Assembly (NCBI GenBank): GCA_963748215.1
Contig: CAVVHS010000008.1
Location: 320,001 to 384,000 of the forward strand
Origin: an uncultured Gammaproteobacteria bacterium
GTDB lineage: Bacteria > Pseudomonadota > Gammaproteobacteria > UBA9214
Direction: 5' to 3'
Length of the DNA: 64,000 nucleotides
Numbering within the stretch: the first letter of the stretch is position 1; the number at the start of each line of letters is the position of its first letter. This document shows, one piece after another, positions 54,119-64,000 of the stretch. Below the pieces are notes generated by a model. The model worked only from the letters and a program-made list of their open reading frames with translations. It had not been told where the DNA came from and did no database searches. A program made the translations under genes and the position numbers.

Positions 54119-54688
54119 CTATTTATCGAGGCGGGTGAACTTGGCACCTTCGAGCGTCAGGTTGTACATCAATCCCTTGTTGCTGAACACGAAGCCGACC
54201 ACGGGGTCCTTGATATCCACGCTATTGATATCTTCACCCACGCCCCACTCGATCAGCGCCACCGAGCCATCGACACCGGCCTTCCAGCCGTCGCTCTTGC
54301 GGAAGTCGGCCAGCGCCTGGCTGGTCATGAACACGATCACAATCGATTTCGACTGTGCGCCGATCTGGAAACCGATCGAGGCCGCCGCCGTGTTGTAGTA
54401 GTCAACAGTCTTGCCGCCGACCCGCAATGCACCCTCGCCGTATTCGCCACCGATGCCGAAGCCTGCCTTGATGACACTGGGAAACACCAGCACCCCGCTT
54501 GCCCGGCTGAGGAACTTGCTGCCGCCCTTGACCTCGCTGCGGAACTGCTCGAGCGTTTCCTGCACGCCGATATCGATCTCGGCCGCGGATTTGGCCAGCG
54601 CCTGGCCGGCGGACATCAGCCCGGACAGCAGCAGGGCAAGTATAGAGAGACGCATCATCAAGGACCTGCCAGTGCGGTAATCCATCAT
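54119..54688 (-). CDS. YSC84/SYLF-like exported protein
   Basis: VLVFP.V.KAGFGIGGEYGEG, GFQIGAQ, GLM..LTLEG.KF. Confidence 0.85.
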   Translation of the reverse strand: MMDYRTGRSLMMRLSILALLLSGLMSAGQALAKSAAEIDIGVQETLEQFRSEVKGGSKFLSRASGVLVFPSVIKAGFGIGGEYGEGALRVGGKTVDYYNTAAASIGFQIGAQSKSIVIVFMTSQALADFRKSDGWKAGVDGSVALIEWGVGEDINSVDIKDPVVGFVFSNKGLMYNLTLEGAKFTRLDK

Positions 54689-54745
54689 TTTCTCCTCTTG
54701 ATCACTCATGCGATCCCCGCAGGGAATAGCCGGTTGAGGCCGGCA

Positions 54746-55795
54746 TCAGTCATCTATCACAATGCTGCGGCCCGGTGTCGGCGGCAGCTGCGGCAGCGGC
54801 TGCTGCGGGAACGGCCCGCTCAAAGCCCCCAGGAATGCCACGATGTCGGCGGTTTCGGCGTCGCCCAGGTCGCGGTTGAGCTGGGTCTTCGCCATCACGC
54901 GTACGGCATCACTCAGCGTCTTCACCGCACCGTTGTGGAAATATGGCGCGGTCAGGGCGATATTGCGCAGCGTCGGCACCTTCCACATGTCGCGATCCGC
55001 TTCCTTGCCGGTAACTGCGAAGCGGCCACCGTCTGCGGTGAAGGCGTACTTCTTTACATAGTCGTTGTCAGTGAAGGTCGGGAACTTCATGAAGAAGCCG
55101 GTACCCGGCGCCATGGCCGGACCGTTGAATGCGGCACCGGAATGGCAGGCGGTGCAACCCGTGCTGTCAAACGCCTGCATGCCGCGCACCTGCTGTTCGG
55201 TCATGGCCTGCTTGTCGCCCTTGACGTAAAGGTCGTAGGCGCTGTCCGGCGTGATCAGGGTGCGCTCGTAGGCCGCGACCGCCTTCGCCGCATTGTCCAC
55301 CGTCATCGGGTCCTTGCTGCCCGGGAAGGCCTTGTCGAAGTAGGGCCGGTAGCCGGGAATGTCACGCACCCGGTTCATCGCCTCTTCCACGTCGCTCATG
55401 CCCATTTCGATCGGGTTGGCCACCGGCCCCTTGGCCTGGTCCTCCAGTGTGGCGGCACGGCCATCCCAGAACTGGGACGAACCGAAGGCGGAGTTCCACA
55501 CCGTCGGCGCGCTGCGTCCGCCGGTCTTCCCGTGCACACCCATCGATACGGCACGGTTGTCTTCACCACCCAGCATCACGTTGTGACAGGAATTGCAGGA
55601 CACCGTCCCGGTCGAGGAAAAGCGCGGGTCGAGGAAAAGCATGCGGCCCAGCTCGACCTTCTCGGGAGTCGTAGGATTATCTGCCGGCGCGGGGGCCTGT
55701 GCCGGCAGTGCCTGCCAGTCCGCCGCCAGTGCCAGCGCCGAGGAAACGCCAAGAACTGCAACCAGGATCCCTTGCCTGTACCTGTACCACTGCAT
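54746..55795 (-). CDS. Diheme cytochrome c peroxidase (bCcP/MauG family)
   Basis: Signal peptide, CNSCH and CTACH, QFWDGRA, KVPTLRN...TAPYFHNG. Confidence 0.92.
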   Translation of the reverse strand: MQWYRYRQGILVAVLGVSSALALAADWQALPAQAPAPADNPTTPEKVELGRMLFLDPRFSSTGTVSCNSCHNVMLGGEDNRAVSMGVHGKTGGRSAPTVWNSAFGSSQFWDGRAATLEDQAKGPVANPIEMGMSDVEEAMNRVRDIPGYRPYFDKAFPGSKDPMTVDNAAKAVAAYERTLITPDSAYDLYVKGDKQAMTEQQVRGMQAFDSTGCTACHSGAAFNGPAMAPGTGFFMKFPTFTDNDYVKKYAFTADGGRFAVTGKEADRDMWKVPTLRNIALTAPYFHNGAVKTLSDAVRVMAKTQLNRDLGDAETADIVAFLGALSGPFPQQPLPQLPPTPGRSIVIDD

Positions 55796-56132
55796 AACTT
55801 TCTCCGGAAAATAAGTAGGAAATTGAACAAACAACACCAGGCGGCAGATTCTAGCGGAAACGGCAGGGCATCGACAGGGTGCACGGGGCAATCGCCGAAC
55901 TGATCAGCCTGCGGCCGCAACGCGGATGCGGCTTTCCGTTATTATTCCGTGTACTTGCGAAGCCTGCCCCAGGGGAGCAGGGGCGCTACGTGCGGCATCG
56001 TGTCGCATGCCGCGGCAGGCCGGCGCCCGTCTCCGGAGCGCGGATTGCTTGACCAGACAGTGCGCGGGCGCTGCGAGTAAGGTAACAGAGGCCGCCACGC
56101 CGCGCGGGCCTTCTGACGTTTCGCGACAGGAC

Positions 56133-58397
56133 CTAGTTGCCGGCGCGCACCAGTCCACCCAGGCCGCCCTGCTCCAGCACGCTGTTGTACATTTCGCGAA
56201 TGGCACGGGGCTCCTCGAGCGCCAGCGCCTGCTCCAGCAGCTCGACAGCCTCGCTCTGCGTGAAACTGCGGATCACCCACTTCACGCGCTGCAGGTTGCT
56301 GGCGCTCATGCTGAGGCTGTTGACCTTCAGGCCGAGCAGGGCCAGCGCCGCGGCCGGATCGCCCGCCATCTCGCCGCACACGCTCACCGGCTTGCCTAGC
56401 TTGTGGGCATCGGTCACCACCTGCTGGATGGCGCGGAGCACGGCTGGATGCAGGGACTGGTAAAGACCTGCCACGCGTGAGTTGTTGCGATCGACCGCCA
56501 GCAGGTACTGGGTCAGGTCGTTGGTGCCGATCGAGAAGAAATCCACCCGCCGCGCCATCGCCGCTACCTGGTAGACCGCGGACGGCACCTCGACCATGAT
56601 GCCGATGGGCGGCCGCACCACCGGCATGCCGTCCTCGAGCAGTTCGCCGTGCGCCTGGTTGATCAGCGTCAGCGCGATATCGACCTCACTGACCGACGAC
56701 ACCATCGGCAGCATGATGGTCAGGTTATTGAGATGAATACTGGCCCGCATCATGGCGCGGATCTGGGTGAGAAAGATTTCCGGATGATCGAGGGAGATGC
56801 GGATGCCGCGCCAGCCCAGGAACGGGTTGTCCTCGTGCACCGGGAAATACGGCAGCATCTTGTCGCCGCCGACATCGAGCGTGCGCAGGGTCACCGGCCG
56901 CGGTGCGAACGCCTCCAGCGCCGTGCGGTAGATGCGCAGCTGCTCGTCCTCCGAGGGAAAGCGGTCCTGCATCAGGAACGGCACCTCGGTGCGGTACAAG
57001 CCGACCCCGTCACCGTCACCGTGCACCTCCTGCCCGAGACCCGAGACCAGGCCGATATTCAGGTACAGCGGCACGGCTATGTTATCGGGCGTGATCGAGG
57101 GCTGGCCGATGACCTTCTTCAGCGTTTCGGTGAGCTCCGTCTCCTGCGACTGCAGCAGCAGGAACTCCTCGCGCACCAGCGGGGTGGGATTGATGAACAC
57201 GTCGCCGCGGTAACCGTCGGCGATGATGGTCTGGCCTTCAAGGCGCCCGACCGGCATGTCCTCGATACCCATTACGGCCGGGATGCTGAGTGCCTGCGCC
57301 AGGATCGCCACGTGCGAGGAACTGGAGCCGCTGGCACAGACAATACCGGCCAGGTTCTCCAGCGGGATCTCCGCCAGCTGCCCGGCACTGATATCCTCGC
57401 CGACCAGCACCGTGCGCGGATAGATCTCGATTCCCGCCGGCGGGCCGCTCTGCATGTGGGTCAGTATGCGTCGACCCAGATCGCGGATGTCGCTCGCACG
57501 TTCGCGCAGATAGCTGTCCTCCATGGATTCGAACACGCTCACATGCTGCGACACCGTCTCGCGCAGGGCACCGGGCGCCCAGTTGCCCGCACGGATGCGT
57601 TCGATGGTTTCCGCCACCAGGCTGTCGCCACCCAGCATCAGCAGCAGCGCGTCGAACAGCGCCAGCTCTTCCGGCGGCAACACGGCGGACATGCGGTTGG
57701 CATAGGCTCGCAGGTCATCCCGGACGGCGTCGACAGCCGACTGGAAGTTGGCCACCTCCGCATCCGGGTCCGCCGCCACGCGATCCGGTATGGCGTCCAG
57801 GTTGGCCGGGGGATAGACCACCATGGCCTGGCCGATGGCGACACCGGGTGATCCCGGCAGGCCGCGCAGGGCGGCCGAAACCCTCTCGGTACGGGCCAGT
57901 GCGCTGGTGATCTCGCCGCTGGCGCCGGCATGGGTGATGGCACCGGCCAGCTGCGCCGCCAGCGTCACCAGGAAGGCCTCCTCCTCGTCTTCGAAGCGGC
58001 GCACCTTGCGCTGGCGCACGACCAGCACGCCGAGCACCTTGCCATGCTGGATGATGGGCACGCCGAGAAATCCGTGGTAGGGATCCTCGCCGGTCTCGGC
58101 GACGAACATGTAGCGCGGGTGACTGGGCGCATCCTCGATGTTCACCGGCTCCTCGCGCTCGCACACCATGCCGACCAGGCCCTCGCCGTAACGCAGGCGC
58201 ACCTTGCCGACGGCGTTCTGCCGCAGACCCTCTGTCGCACGCAGCACGAACTCTCGACGCTCGGTATCGCGCAGGTACACCGAGGCAACGTCGACATTCA
58301 CCGAGGCACGCACCCTTTGCACAATGATCTTCAGCGCCTGCTCAAGATCAGGTGCGGTGTTGACCTCCTGGATGATACGTCTGAGCGTTTCCAGCAT
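56133..58397 (-). CDS. ptsP: PTS(Ntr) enzyme I with GAF domain
   Basis: N-terminal GAF, SHVAIL, GLYRTE, SIGTNDL, CGEMA; downstream of rppH. Confidence 0.95.
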   Translation of the reverse strand: MLETLRRIIQEVNTAPDLEQALKIIVQRVRASVNVDVASVYLRDTERREFVLRATEGLRQNAVGKVRLRYGEGLVGMVCEREEPVNIEDAPSHPRYMFVAETGEDPYHGFLGVPIIQHGKVLGVLVVRQRKVRRFEDEEEAFLVTLAAQLAGAITHAGASGEITSALARTERVSAALRGLPGSPGVAIGQAMVVYPPANLDAIPDRVAADPDAEVANFQSAVDAVRDDLRAYANRMSAVLPPEELALFDALLLMLGGDSLVAETIERIRAGNWAPGALRETVSQHVSVFESMEDSYLRERASDIRDLGRRILTHMQSGPPAGIEIYPRTVLVGEDISAGQLAEIPLENLAGIVCASGSSSSHVAILAQALSIPAVMGIEDMPVGRLEGQTIIADGYRGDVFINPTPLVREEFLLLQSQETELTETLKKVIGQPSITPDNIAVPLYLNIGLVSGLGQEVHGDGDGVGLYRTEVPFLMQDRFPSEDEQLRIYRTALEAFAPRPVTLRTLDVGGDKMLPYFPVHEDNPFLGWRGIRISLDHPEIFLTQIRAMMRASIHLNNLTIMLPMVSSVSEVDIALTLINQAHGELLEDGMPVVRPPIGIMVEVPSAVYQVAAMARRVDFFSIGTNDLTQYLLAVDRNNSRVAGLYQSLHPAVLRAIQQVVTDAHKLGKPVSVCGEMAGDPAAALALLGLKVNSLSMSASNLQRVKWVIRSFTQSEAVELLEQALALEEPRAIREMYNSVLEQGGLGGLVRAGN

Positions 58398-58476
58398 GGG
58401 TGGGGGTCCGGTTTGCATGAGGGGGATCAGCTTGTTGCCGTACAGGAAAGCCTGTACACGAAGGGCGCGGGTGGCG

Positions 58477-58992
58477 TCACTGACCGGTATCGCAGTTCGA
58501 CGGGGAGTGCGACATGCCATCGGGAAACAGCAGTGGTGCCAGTTCGTTCAGCGCCTGCCGGTAGACCTTGCGCTTGAAGGCGACGACCTCGTTGAGCGGC
58601 TGCCAGTAGTCGACCCAGCGCCAGCGATCGAACTCCGGCCGCTCGCACCGGTCCAGGCAGACGGCACGGTCAGCGCACAGTTTGCGCAAGAGGAACCAGA
58701 CCTGTTTCTGCCCGATACACAGCGGCCGGCTGGAATGGCGGATGTACTGGCGCGGCAGGCGGTAGCGCAGCCAACCGCGCGTGGCGCCGATGACCTCGAC
58801 GTCGTCCGGCTGCAACCCGATCTCCTCGCCCAGCTCGCGGTACATGGCCTCGGCCGGCGTCTCGTCCGAACGCATGCCGCCCTGCGGGAATTGCCAGGCG
58901 TCCTGCCCCGCGCGGCGCGCCCACAGCAGCTGCCCGTCGCCGTTGCACAGGATTATACCTACATTCGGTCTGAAACCATCCGGATCAATCAC
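58477..58992 (-). CDS. rppH: RNA pyrophosphohydrolase
   Basis: [32 protein letters not shown]. Confidence 0.96.
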   Translation of the reverse strand: MIDPDGFRPNVGIILCNGDGQLLWARRAGQDAWQFPQGGMRSDETPAEAMYRELGEEIGLQPDDVEVIGATRGWLRYRLPRQYIRHSSRPLCIGQKQVWFLLRKLCADRAVCLDRCERPEFDRWRWVDYWQPLNEVVAFKRKVYRQALNELAPLLFPDGMSHSPSNCDTGQ

Positions 58993-59135
58993 TTATTGAA
59001 CCTTGCTCGAAAGCATGAATGGCAATGATTCTCCCATAGGCGGCTTTTTCTGGCAAATGGCGGCAGCCGCGACACGCATGAAAGCAACACCCGTTCGTGT
59101 ATCCTTGGCGGCCTTCGGCAACGGGAGCAGGTACG

Positions 59136-59789
59136 GTGGGCATTGCATTGTTCGACCTCGACAACACGCTGATCGCGGGTGACAGCGATTACCTGTGGGG
59201 TTGTTTCCTGGTCGAGCAGGGTATCGTGGACGGCCCGCGCTACGAACAGGCAAACCGCCGCTTCTACGACCAGTACAAGGTCGGCGAACTGGACATCCAC
59301 GCGTTCCTGGCCTTCCAGCTGCGGCCGCTTGCCGAACACGACCTGTCGCTGCTGCAGCGCTGGCGCGCGCAGTACATAAAGGAAATGATCGTGCCCATCC
59401 TGTTGCCGAAGGCCCGGCAACTGATCGAGCGTCATCGCGAGCAGGGCGACACCCTGGTGGTGATCACCGCCACCAACAGTTTCATCACCCGCCCCATCGT
59501 CGACCTGTACGGTATCGAGCACCTGCTCGCCACCGAGCCCGAGCGGGTTGCCGGCCGCTACACCGGCGGCGTCGCCGGCATCCCCTGCTTTCAGGAAGGC
59601 AAGGTCAGGGTGCTGGAAGGCTGGCTCGCCGGCAGGCAGCAGTCTCTCGAGGACAGCTGTTTCTACAGCGACTCGCACAATGACCTGCCGCTGCTCTCCC
59701 GCGTGACCAGGCCGACCGCGGTGGATCCGGACGACATACTGGAGGCGCACGCGCGGCAGCAGAACTGGCCGGTGATCAGCCTGCGATGA
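59136..59789 (+). CDS. HAD-IB family hydrolase (HisN/SerB-like)
   Basis: FDLDNTL, ITAT, GK, YSDSHNDLP. Confidence 0.88.
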   Translation: MGIALFDLDNTLIAGDSDYLWGCFLVEQGIVDGPRYEQANRRFYDQYKVGELDIHAFLAFQLRPLAEHDLSLLQRWRAQYIKEMIVPILLPKARQLIERHREQGDTLVVITATNSFITRPIVDLYGIEHLLATEPERVAGRYTGGVAGIPCFQEGKVRVLEGWLAGRQQSLEDSCFYSDSHNDLPLLSRVTRPTAVDPDDILEAHARQQNWPVISLR

Positions 59790-59826
59790 CGATCGTTACG
59801 TCACCGGGCAACGGGACGTCGGCGGG

Positions 59827-60825
59827 ATGCTGAGCCTGATGCATGGACCGCGGCTGCTGATGCTGCTCCTGCTGCTGGTCGTGTGCAGCGCGGCAATCAG
59901 CCTGCTCACCGGCAGTGTCGGGAGTGACTGGCACGACCTGCTGGCCGCGCTGGCCGGAGACTACGACAACACCACGACCGCGGTGATCCTGGAACTGCGC
60001 TGGCCCCGTACCGCGGCCGCTTTCACCACCGGCGCCTTGCTGGCCACGGCCGGCGCGCTGATGCAGGTGCTGCTGCGCAACCCGCTGGCCGATCCCTACG
60101 TGCTCGGGGTGTCGGGCGGCGCGGCAACCGGCGCACTGCTCGCCATGCTGTTCGGCATGGGCGCGCTGTGGCTGCACGGCGCGGCATTCGGCGGCGCCCT
60201 GCTGTCCATGCTGCTGGTGTTCGTGCTGGCGCATGGCAGCGGTAGCTGGAGCAGCCAGCGACTGCTGCTCACCGGTGTCGTGGTGGCCGCCGGCTGGGGT
60301 GCGACGATCGGCTTCCTGCTGGCGGTGAGTCCCGACCAGGGCCTGCGCAGCATGCTGTTCTGGCTGATGGGTGACCTGTCGTTCGCCGCCATGCCCTACA
60401 CCGGCGCCGGCGTGCTGCTGTGCGGACTGGTGCTGGGCATCGCGCTCGGACGCCCGCTCAACATCCTCACCCACGGTGAACGCACCGCAGCCGCGCTGGG
60501 CGTCACGGTGCCGTCGCTGCGGCGCCTCATCTACCTGCTGGCCTCGCTGCTGACCGCCACCGCCGTGACCCTGGCCGGCAACATCGGCTTCGTCGGCCTG
60601 ATCGTGCCGCATATACTGCGCCTGCTCGGGCTGCGCGATCACCGCATCCTGCTGCCGGCGGCTGCATTGCTGGGCGGCTGTCTGCTGATCGTGGCCGACA
60701 CGCTGGCGCGCAGCCTGCTCGCGCCGCGCCAGCTGCCGGTCGGCATCCTCACCGCGCTGATCGGCGTGCCGCTGTTCCTGGCCCTGCTGCGGCGTGGCCG
60801 GGACCAGGACACCGCACTGGCCTGA
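59827..60825 (+). CDS. btuC: FecCD/BtuC-family ABC permease
   Basis: LRWPR, RNPLADPY.LG, GFVGL.VPH; upstream of a B12 riboswitch and receptor. Confidence 0.8.
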   Translation: MLSLMHGPRLLMLLLLLVVCSAAISLLTGSVGSDWHDLLAALAGDYDNTTTAVILELRWPRTAAAFTTGALLATAGALMQVLLRNPLADPYVLGVSGGAATGALLAMLFGMGALWLHGAAFGGALLSMLLVFVLAHGSGSWSSQRLLLTGVVVAAGWGATIGFLLAVSPDQGLRSMLFWLMGDLSFAAMPYTGAGVLLCGLVLGIALGRPLNILTHGERTAAALGVTVPSLRRLIYLLASLLTATAVTLAGNIGFVGLIVPHILRLLGLRDHRILLPAAALLGGCLLIVADTLARSLLAPRQLPVGILTALIGVPLFLALLRRGRDQDTALA

Positions 60826-60831
60826 CCTGGC

Positions 60832-61599
60832 ATGGCATTGCTGCAGACAGACGACCTGGATGTCTCCATCGCCGGCCTGCCGGTGTGCCGCAGACTCGGC
60901 CTGCGCATCGAGCCCGGCGAATGCTGGTGCATCCTCGGTCGCAACGGTGCTGGCAAGACCACACTGCTGCACACGCTGGCCGGCCTGCACGCACCGGACA
61001 GCGGCACTATCGCATTGCAGGGCAAGCCACTCGCAACCTTGCCGCGCAAGACCATTGCCCGGCACATCGGCGTGCTGTTCCAGGATCACCACGACGCCTT
61101 CCCGGCCACGGTGCTGGAAACGGTGCTGACCGGTCGACACCCGTGGCTGGGAGCCCTGCAATGGGAGACGGCAGCCGACTACACCGTGGCGCGCGAGGCA
61201 CTGGCCGCCGTCGACCTGGCGGCGCTGGAGGCACGCAACGTCGGCACCCTGTCCGGCGGCGAGCGCCGCCGCCTCGGCATCGCCACGCTGCTGACCCAGC
61301 AAGCCCAACTGCTGCTGCTGGACGAGCCGGCCAATCATCTCGACATCCACCAGCAGGTGCGCATGCTCGACCTGCTCCGGCAACAGTCTGTGCGCGGCGA
61401 CCGCGCACTGTGCATCGTCATGCACGATCTCAATCTTGCCACGCGCTACTGCAACCGTTTCCTGCTGCTGTTCGGCGACGGCACCTTCCTGCAGGGCGAC
61501 CGGGATGCCGTGATGACGGAGACCAGCCTGGAACGGCTCTACCGGCATCCGCTGCGCCGTATCGATGCTGCCGGCGGACCGGTGTGGATACCGGCATGA
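60832..61599 (+). CDS. btuD: ABC ATPase, BtuD/FecE type
   Basis: GRNGAGKTT, LSGGE, LLLDEP, MHDLN. Confidence 0.8.
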   Translation: MALLQTDDLDVSIAGLPVCRRLGLRIEPGECWCILGRNGAGKTTLLHTLAGLHAPDSGTIALQGKPLATLPRKTIARHIGVLFQDHHDAFPATVLETVLTGRHPWLGALQWETAADYTVAREALAAVDLAALEARNVGTLSGGERRRLGIATLLTQQAQLLLLDEPANHLDIHQQVRMLDLLRQQSVRGDRALCIVMHDLNLATRYCNRFLLLFGDGTFLQGDRDAVMTETSLERLYRHPLRRIDAAGGPVWIPA

Positions 61600-61654
61600 G
61601 GGGGGATCGCCTTGACACCCTCACGCCCCCGGACGTACAGTCCGCGGTGCATTG

Positions 61655-61840
61655 TTGCAGGTGTTCCGCGAACGTTCGTTCACGGGATGAAACGGGAAGC
61701 CGGTGCGTCACCTTCATGACCAGTCCGGCGCTGCCCCCGCAACGGTAAGCGAGTCAAGGCGAATCGAAACACCACTGCGCACGCGCGGGAAGGTGGTTCG
61801 CCGGGGAAACCCGCTCGCAAGCCCGGAGACCGGCCTGCAA
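61655..61840 (+). ncRNA. Cobalamin riboswitch
   Basis: P1 TTGCAGG/CCTGCAA, AACGGGAAGCCGGTG, CCGGCGCTGCCCCCGCAACGGTAA, CCACTG..GGGAAGG, AGCCCGGAGACCGGCC; upstream TTGACA-N18-TACAGT. Confidence 0.95.
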
Positions 61841-61944
61841 CCAACTTGTTCGAGTCGCGGAGGGCGATACCGGCAGACCGATACCCCGGCCTGTTGCGTT
61901 TCTCCATGACACCCGACTGCGCGGGTGGGCGCACTGGAGAAACC

Positions 61945-63897
61945 ATGAATACCCCTTTTCGTGCCCTTTCCGGGCTGCTGGCCGGCTGCATGTTCAGCGT
62001 CATCCCGGCGTATCTTGTTGCGGAACAATCACCCATCGTGGTGACCGCAACCCGACTGCCGACACCACGTGATGAGGTGGGCAGCAGCGTCACCGTTATC
62101 ACCGCTGCAGACATCGAACACCGGCAATACCGCTCGGTCACGGATGCCCTCAGGTCAGTACCCGGTCTCAGCGTCATTCCATCCGGTGGTGGCATCGGCA
62201 AGCTCACCGTGGTATTCAGCCGCGGCACCGAAAGCAATCACACTCTGTTTCTGATCGATGGCATCGAACTGAACGACCCGGCCGGCACCGATGGCGCGGT
62301 GGACCTGTCCAGCATCTACATCGACGACGTGGATCGCATCGAGATCCTCAACGGCCCGCAGGGCACCCTGTACGGTTCGGACGCCATCGGCGCGGTGATC
62401 CAGGTCTTCACCAAACGCGGCAAGGGTGCGCCGTCCGTGTGGGGGCGCGTGGAAACCGGCAGTTTCGAAACCTTCGCGCAAAGTGCCGGGGTCAGTGCCG
62501 GACAGGGCCGGCTGTCCTATGCACTGAGTGTGCAACACACCGATACCGAAGGTGTCTCGGCGCTGGGCGCGGCATTCCGGCAGAGTGACGGCACGCTGGA
62601 CAAGGACCGGCATGAGAACATCAATCTCGGCACACGCGTTAGCTACGACTTCTCCGAGACCGCCGGCATCGACTTCAGCGGCCGCTTCACACACACCGAG
62701 AACGAGCTTGATCTCAATAACAGTTTCGTCAGCGATGACTCCGACAGCCATGGCCGGCTGGACCAGCTGTTACTGGGTGTGAACGGCCGCATGACGCTGT
62801 TTGATGGCGCCAGCGAACACCGGCTGGGCGTGAGTTATACCGCACTGGACCGCAAGGACGAAGACCTGGCCGATCCGGTCAACAGCGCCGACTCCAGCCT
62901 TGAAACCAACCGCGGCTGGAAGCGCAAGGTTGAACTGCAGAATGATTTCTACATGCTTGAACATCATGTTATCACCTTCGGTCTCGAAACCGAGGAAGAC
63001 ACCGTGCGCTCGAGTGTCAATGCCGGTTTTCTCGATTTCTTCAACGCACCGGCCAGCATCAGCAGCTCGGTCAGCGCCGCAGTCCGCAACAACGCCGCCT
63101 ATCTGCAGGACCAGTTCACGTTCGGCGAACTGACCGGTACCGCGGGCATACGTATCGACAAGCATGAACGCTTCGAGCATGAAACCACCTGGCGACTGGC
63201 GCTGTCCCGGCGTTTCCCGGATCTGTCGACGCGTATCCGCGGCAGCATTGCCACCGGGTTCAAGGCCCCTACGGCAAACCAGCTGTTCGTCGACTCGGTC
63301 ACCAGTTTCGGGCCGTTCACCGGCAACCCGAACCTGCGGCCGGAAACCAGCCGCGGCTGGGAACTGGGGGCGGACCGGAGCTTCGCCAATGACCGCTTCA
63401 GTGCAGGCGTGACCTGGTACCAGCAGCGCATTCGCAACCTGATCACCTTCAACAACACCTTCACCAGCAATGAAAACCGCGACCGGGTAAATATACGCGG
63501 GGCCGAGGCCAACCTGAGCGGCAAATTCGGTGACACGCTGACTGCCCGCCTCGGCGCCAGCTACACGCGCAGCGAGGACGCAGTAACCGGTGAAAACCTG
63601 CTGCGCCGGCCCCTGCGCAAGGTCTCGCTGTCAATCGATCATGCCGTCTCGGCGGCAACACGGCTTGGCCTCGAGACCATCTACACCGGACCGCGCTACG
63701 ACATCGACGCGGTCAGCTTTGCCCGCAAACGCCGCAGCGGCTACAGCCTGGTCAATCTCACCGCCAGCCATACGGCGAATCACAACCTGACGCTGCATGC
63801 GCGAGTGACGAATCTCACCGACAAGGATTACGAGGAACCGGACGGTTTTGCGCAACCGGGCATCGGCGCCTTCTTCGGTGTTACGGTTAGCAACTGA
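61945..63897 (+). CDS. btuB: TonB-dependent receptor, probable cobalamin transporter
   Basis: TonB box IVVTATR, plug motifs (RG, LIDG, RIEIL.GP..TLYG..A.G.VI), NPNL.PE; directly after the riboswitch. Confidence 0.88.
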   Translation: MNTPFRALSGLLAGCMFSVIPAYLVAEQSPIVVTATRLPTPRDEVGSSVTVITAADIEHRQYRSVTDALRSVPGLSVIPSGGGIGKLTVVFSRGTESNHTLFLIDGIELNDPAGTDGAVDLSSIYIDDVDRIEILNGPQGTLYGSDAIGAVIQVFTKRGKGAPSVWGRVETGSFETFAQSAGVSAGQGRLSYALSVQHTDTEGVSALGAAFRQSDGTLDKDRHENINLGTRVSYDFSETAGIDFSGRFTHTENELDLNNSFVSDDSDSHGRLDQLLLGVNGRMTLFDGASEHRLGVSYTALDRKDEDLADPVNSADSSLETNRGWKRKVELQNDFYMLEHHVITFGLETEEDTVRSSVNAGFLDFFNAPASISSSVSAAVRNNAAYLQDQFTFGELTGTAGIRIDKHERFEHETTWRLALSRRFPDLSTRIRGSIATGFKAPTANQLFVDSVTSFGPFTGNPNLRPETSRGWELGADRSFANDRFSAGVTWYQQRIRNLITFNNTFTSNENRDRVNIRGAEANLSGKFGDTLTARLGASYTRSEDAVTGENLLRRPLRKVSLSIDHAVSAATRLGLETIYTGPRYDIDAVSFARKRRSGYSLVNLTASHTANHNLTLHARVTNLTDKDYEEPDGFAQPGIGAFFGVTVSN

Positions 63898-63915
63898 TCA
63901 TCCTTTTTCGAAGAC

Positions 63916-64000
63916 ATGAACAAGACCCGCCACCTGCTGCCCCTGTGTCTCTGTGCCTCGCTCGCCGCACATCTGGCGGTGCTGCTGTATATGCCAGCAA
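63916..64000 (+). CDS. Partial CDS, possibly TonB N-terminal anchor
   Basis: MNKTRHLLPLCLCASLAAHLAVLL with S-x3-H spacing typical of TonB anchors; cut by the window end. Confidence 0.45.
   Translation, partial: MNKTRHLLPLCLCASLAAHLAVLLYMPA

Overview
GC-rich window from a Gammaproteobacterium (16S and gene content fit a chemolithoautotroph; the lineage is inferred, not searched). 0.2-13.3 kb (- strand) holds an alpha-carboxysome locus: csoS1D, a NUDIX hydrolase, cbbL, cbbS, csoS2, csoSCA, csoS4A/B, two csoS1, a ferritin-like gene, acRAF, mcdA, mcdB, an NdhR/CmpR-like LysR regulator and a SulP/BicA-like transporter, with a recurring ATAG-N8-CTAT operator. Divergent from it are a small leader ORF with a hydrophobic segment and a C-terminal RGPP motif (candidate ribosome-arrest peptide), an SLC13/TrkA-C permease, an NhaD-type antiporter and an ApbE homolog with substituted catalytic residues. 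At 20.7-21.9 kb is a decayed second Rubisco locus (cbbL fragment plus a CbbR lacking its HTH). Then follow a complete rrn operon (16S-tRNA-Ile-tRNA-Ala-23S-5S), housekeeping genes (tyrS, M23 peptidase, anmK, erpA, argC, folE, mscL, hemJ, yggX, ptsP, rppH), a porin/FMN-binding/PepSY cluster preceded by a Fur box, a fragmented CTERM-anchored surface protein, a diheme cytochrome c peroxidase, and B12 uptake genes with a cobalamin riboswitch. Clustered single-base indels suggest local sequencing or assembly errors. No CRISPR array, transposase or integrase was seen. Family assignments come from motif recognition, not database searches.
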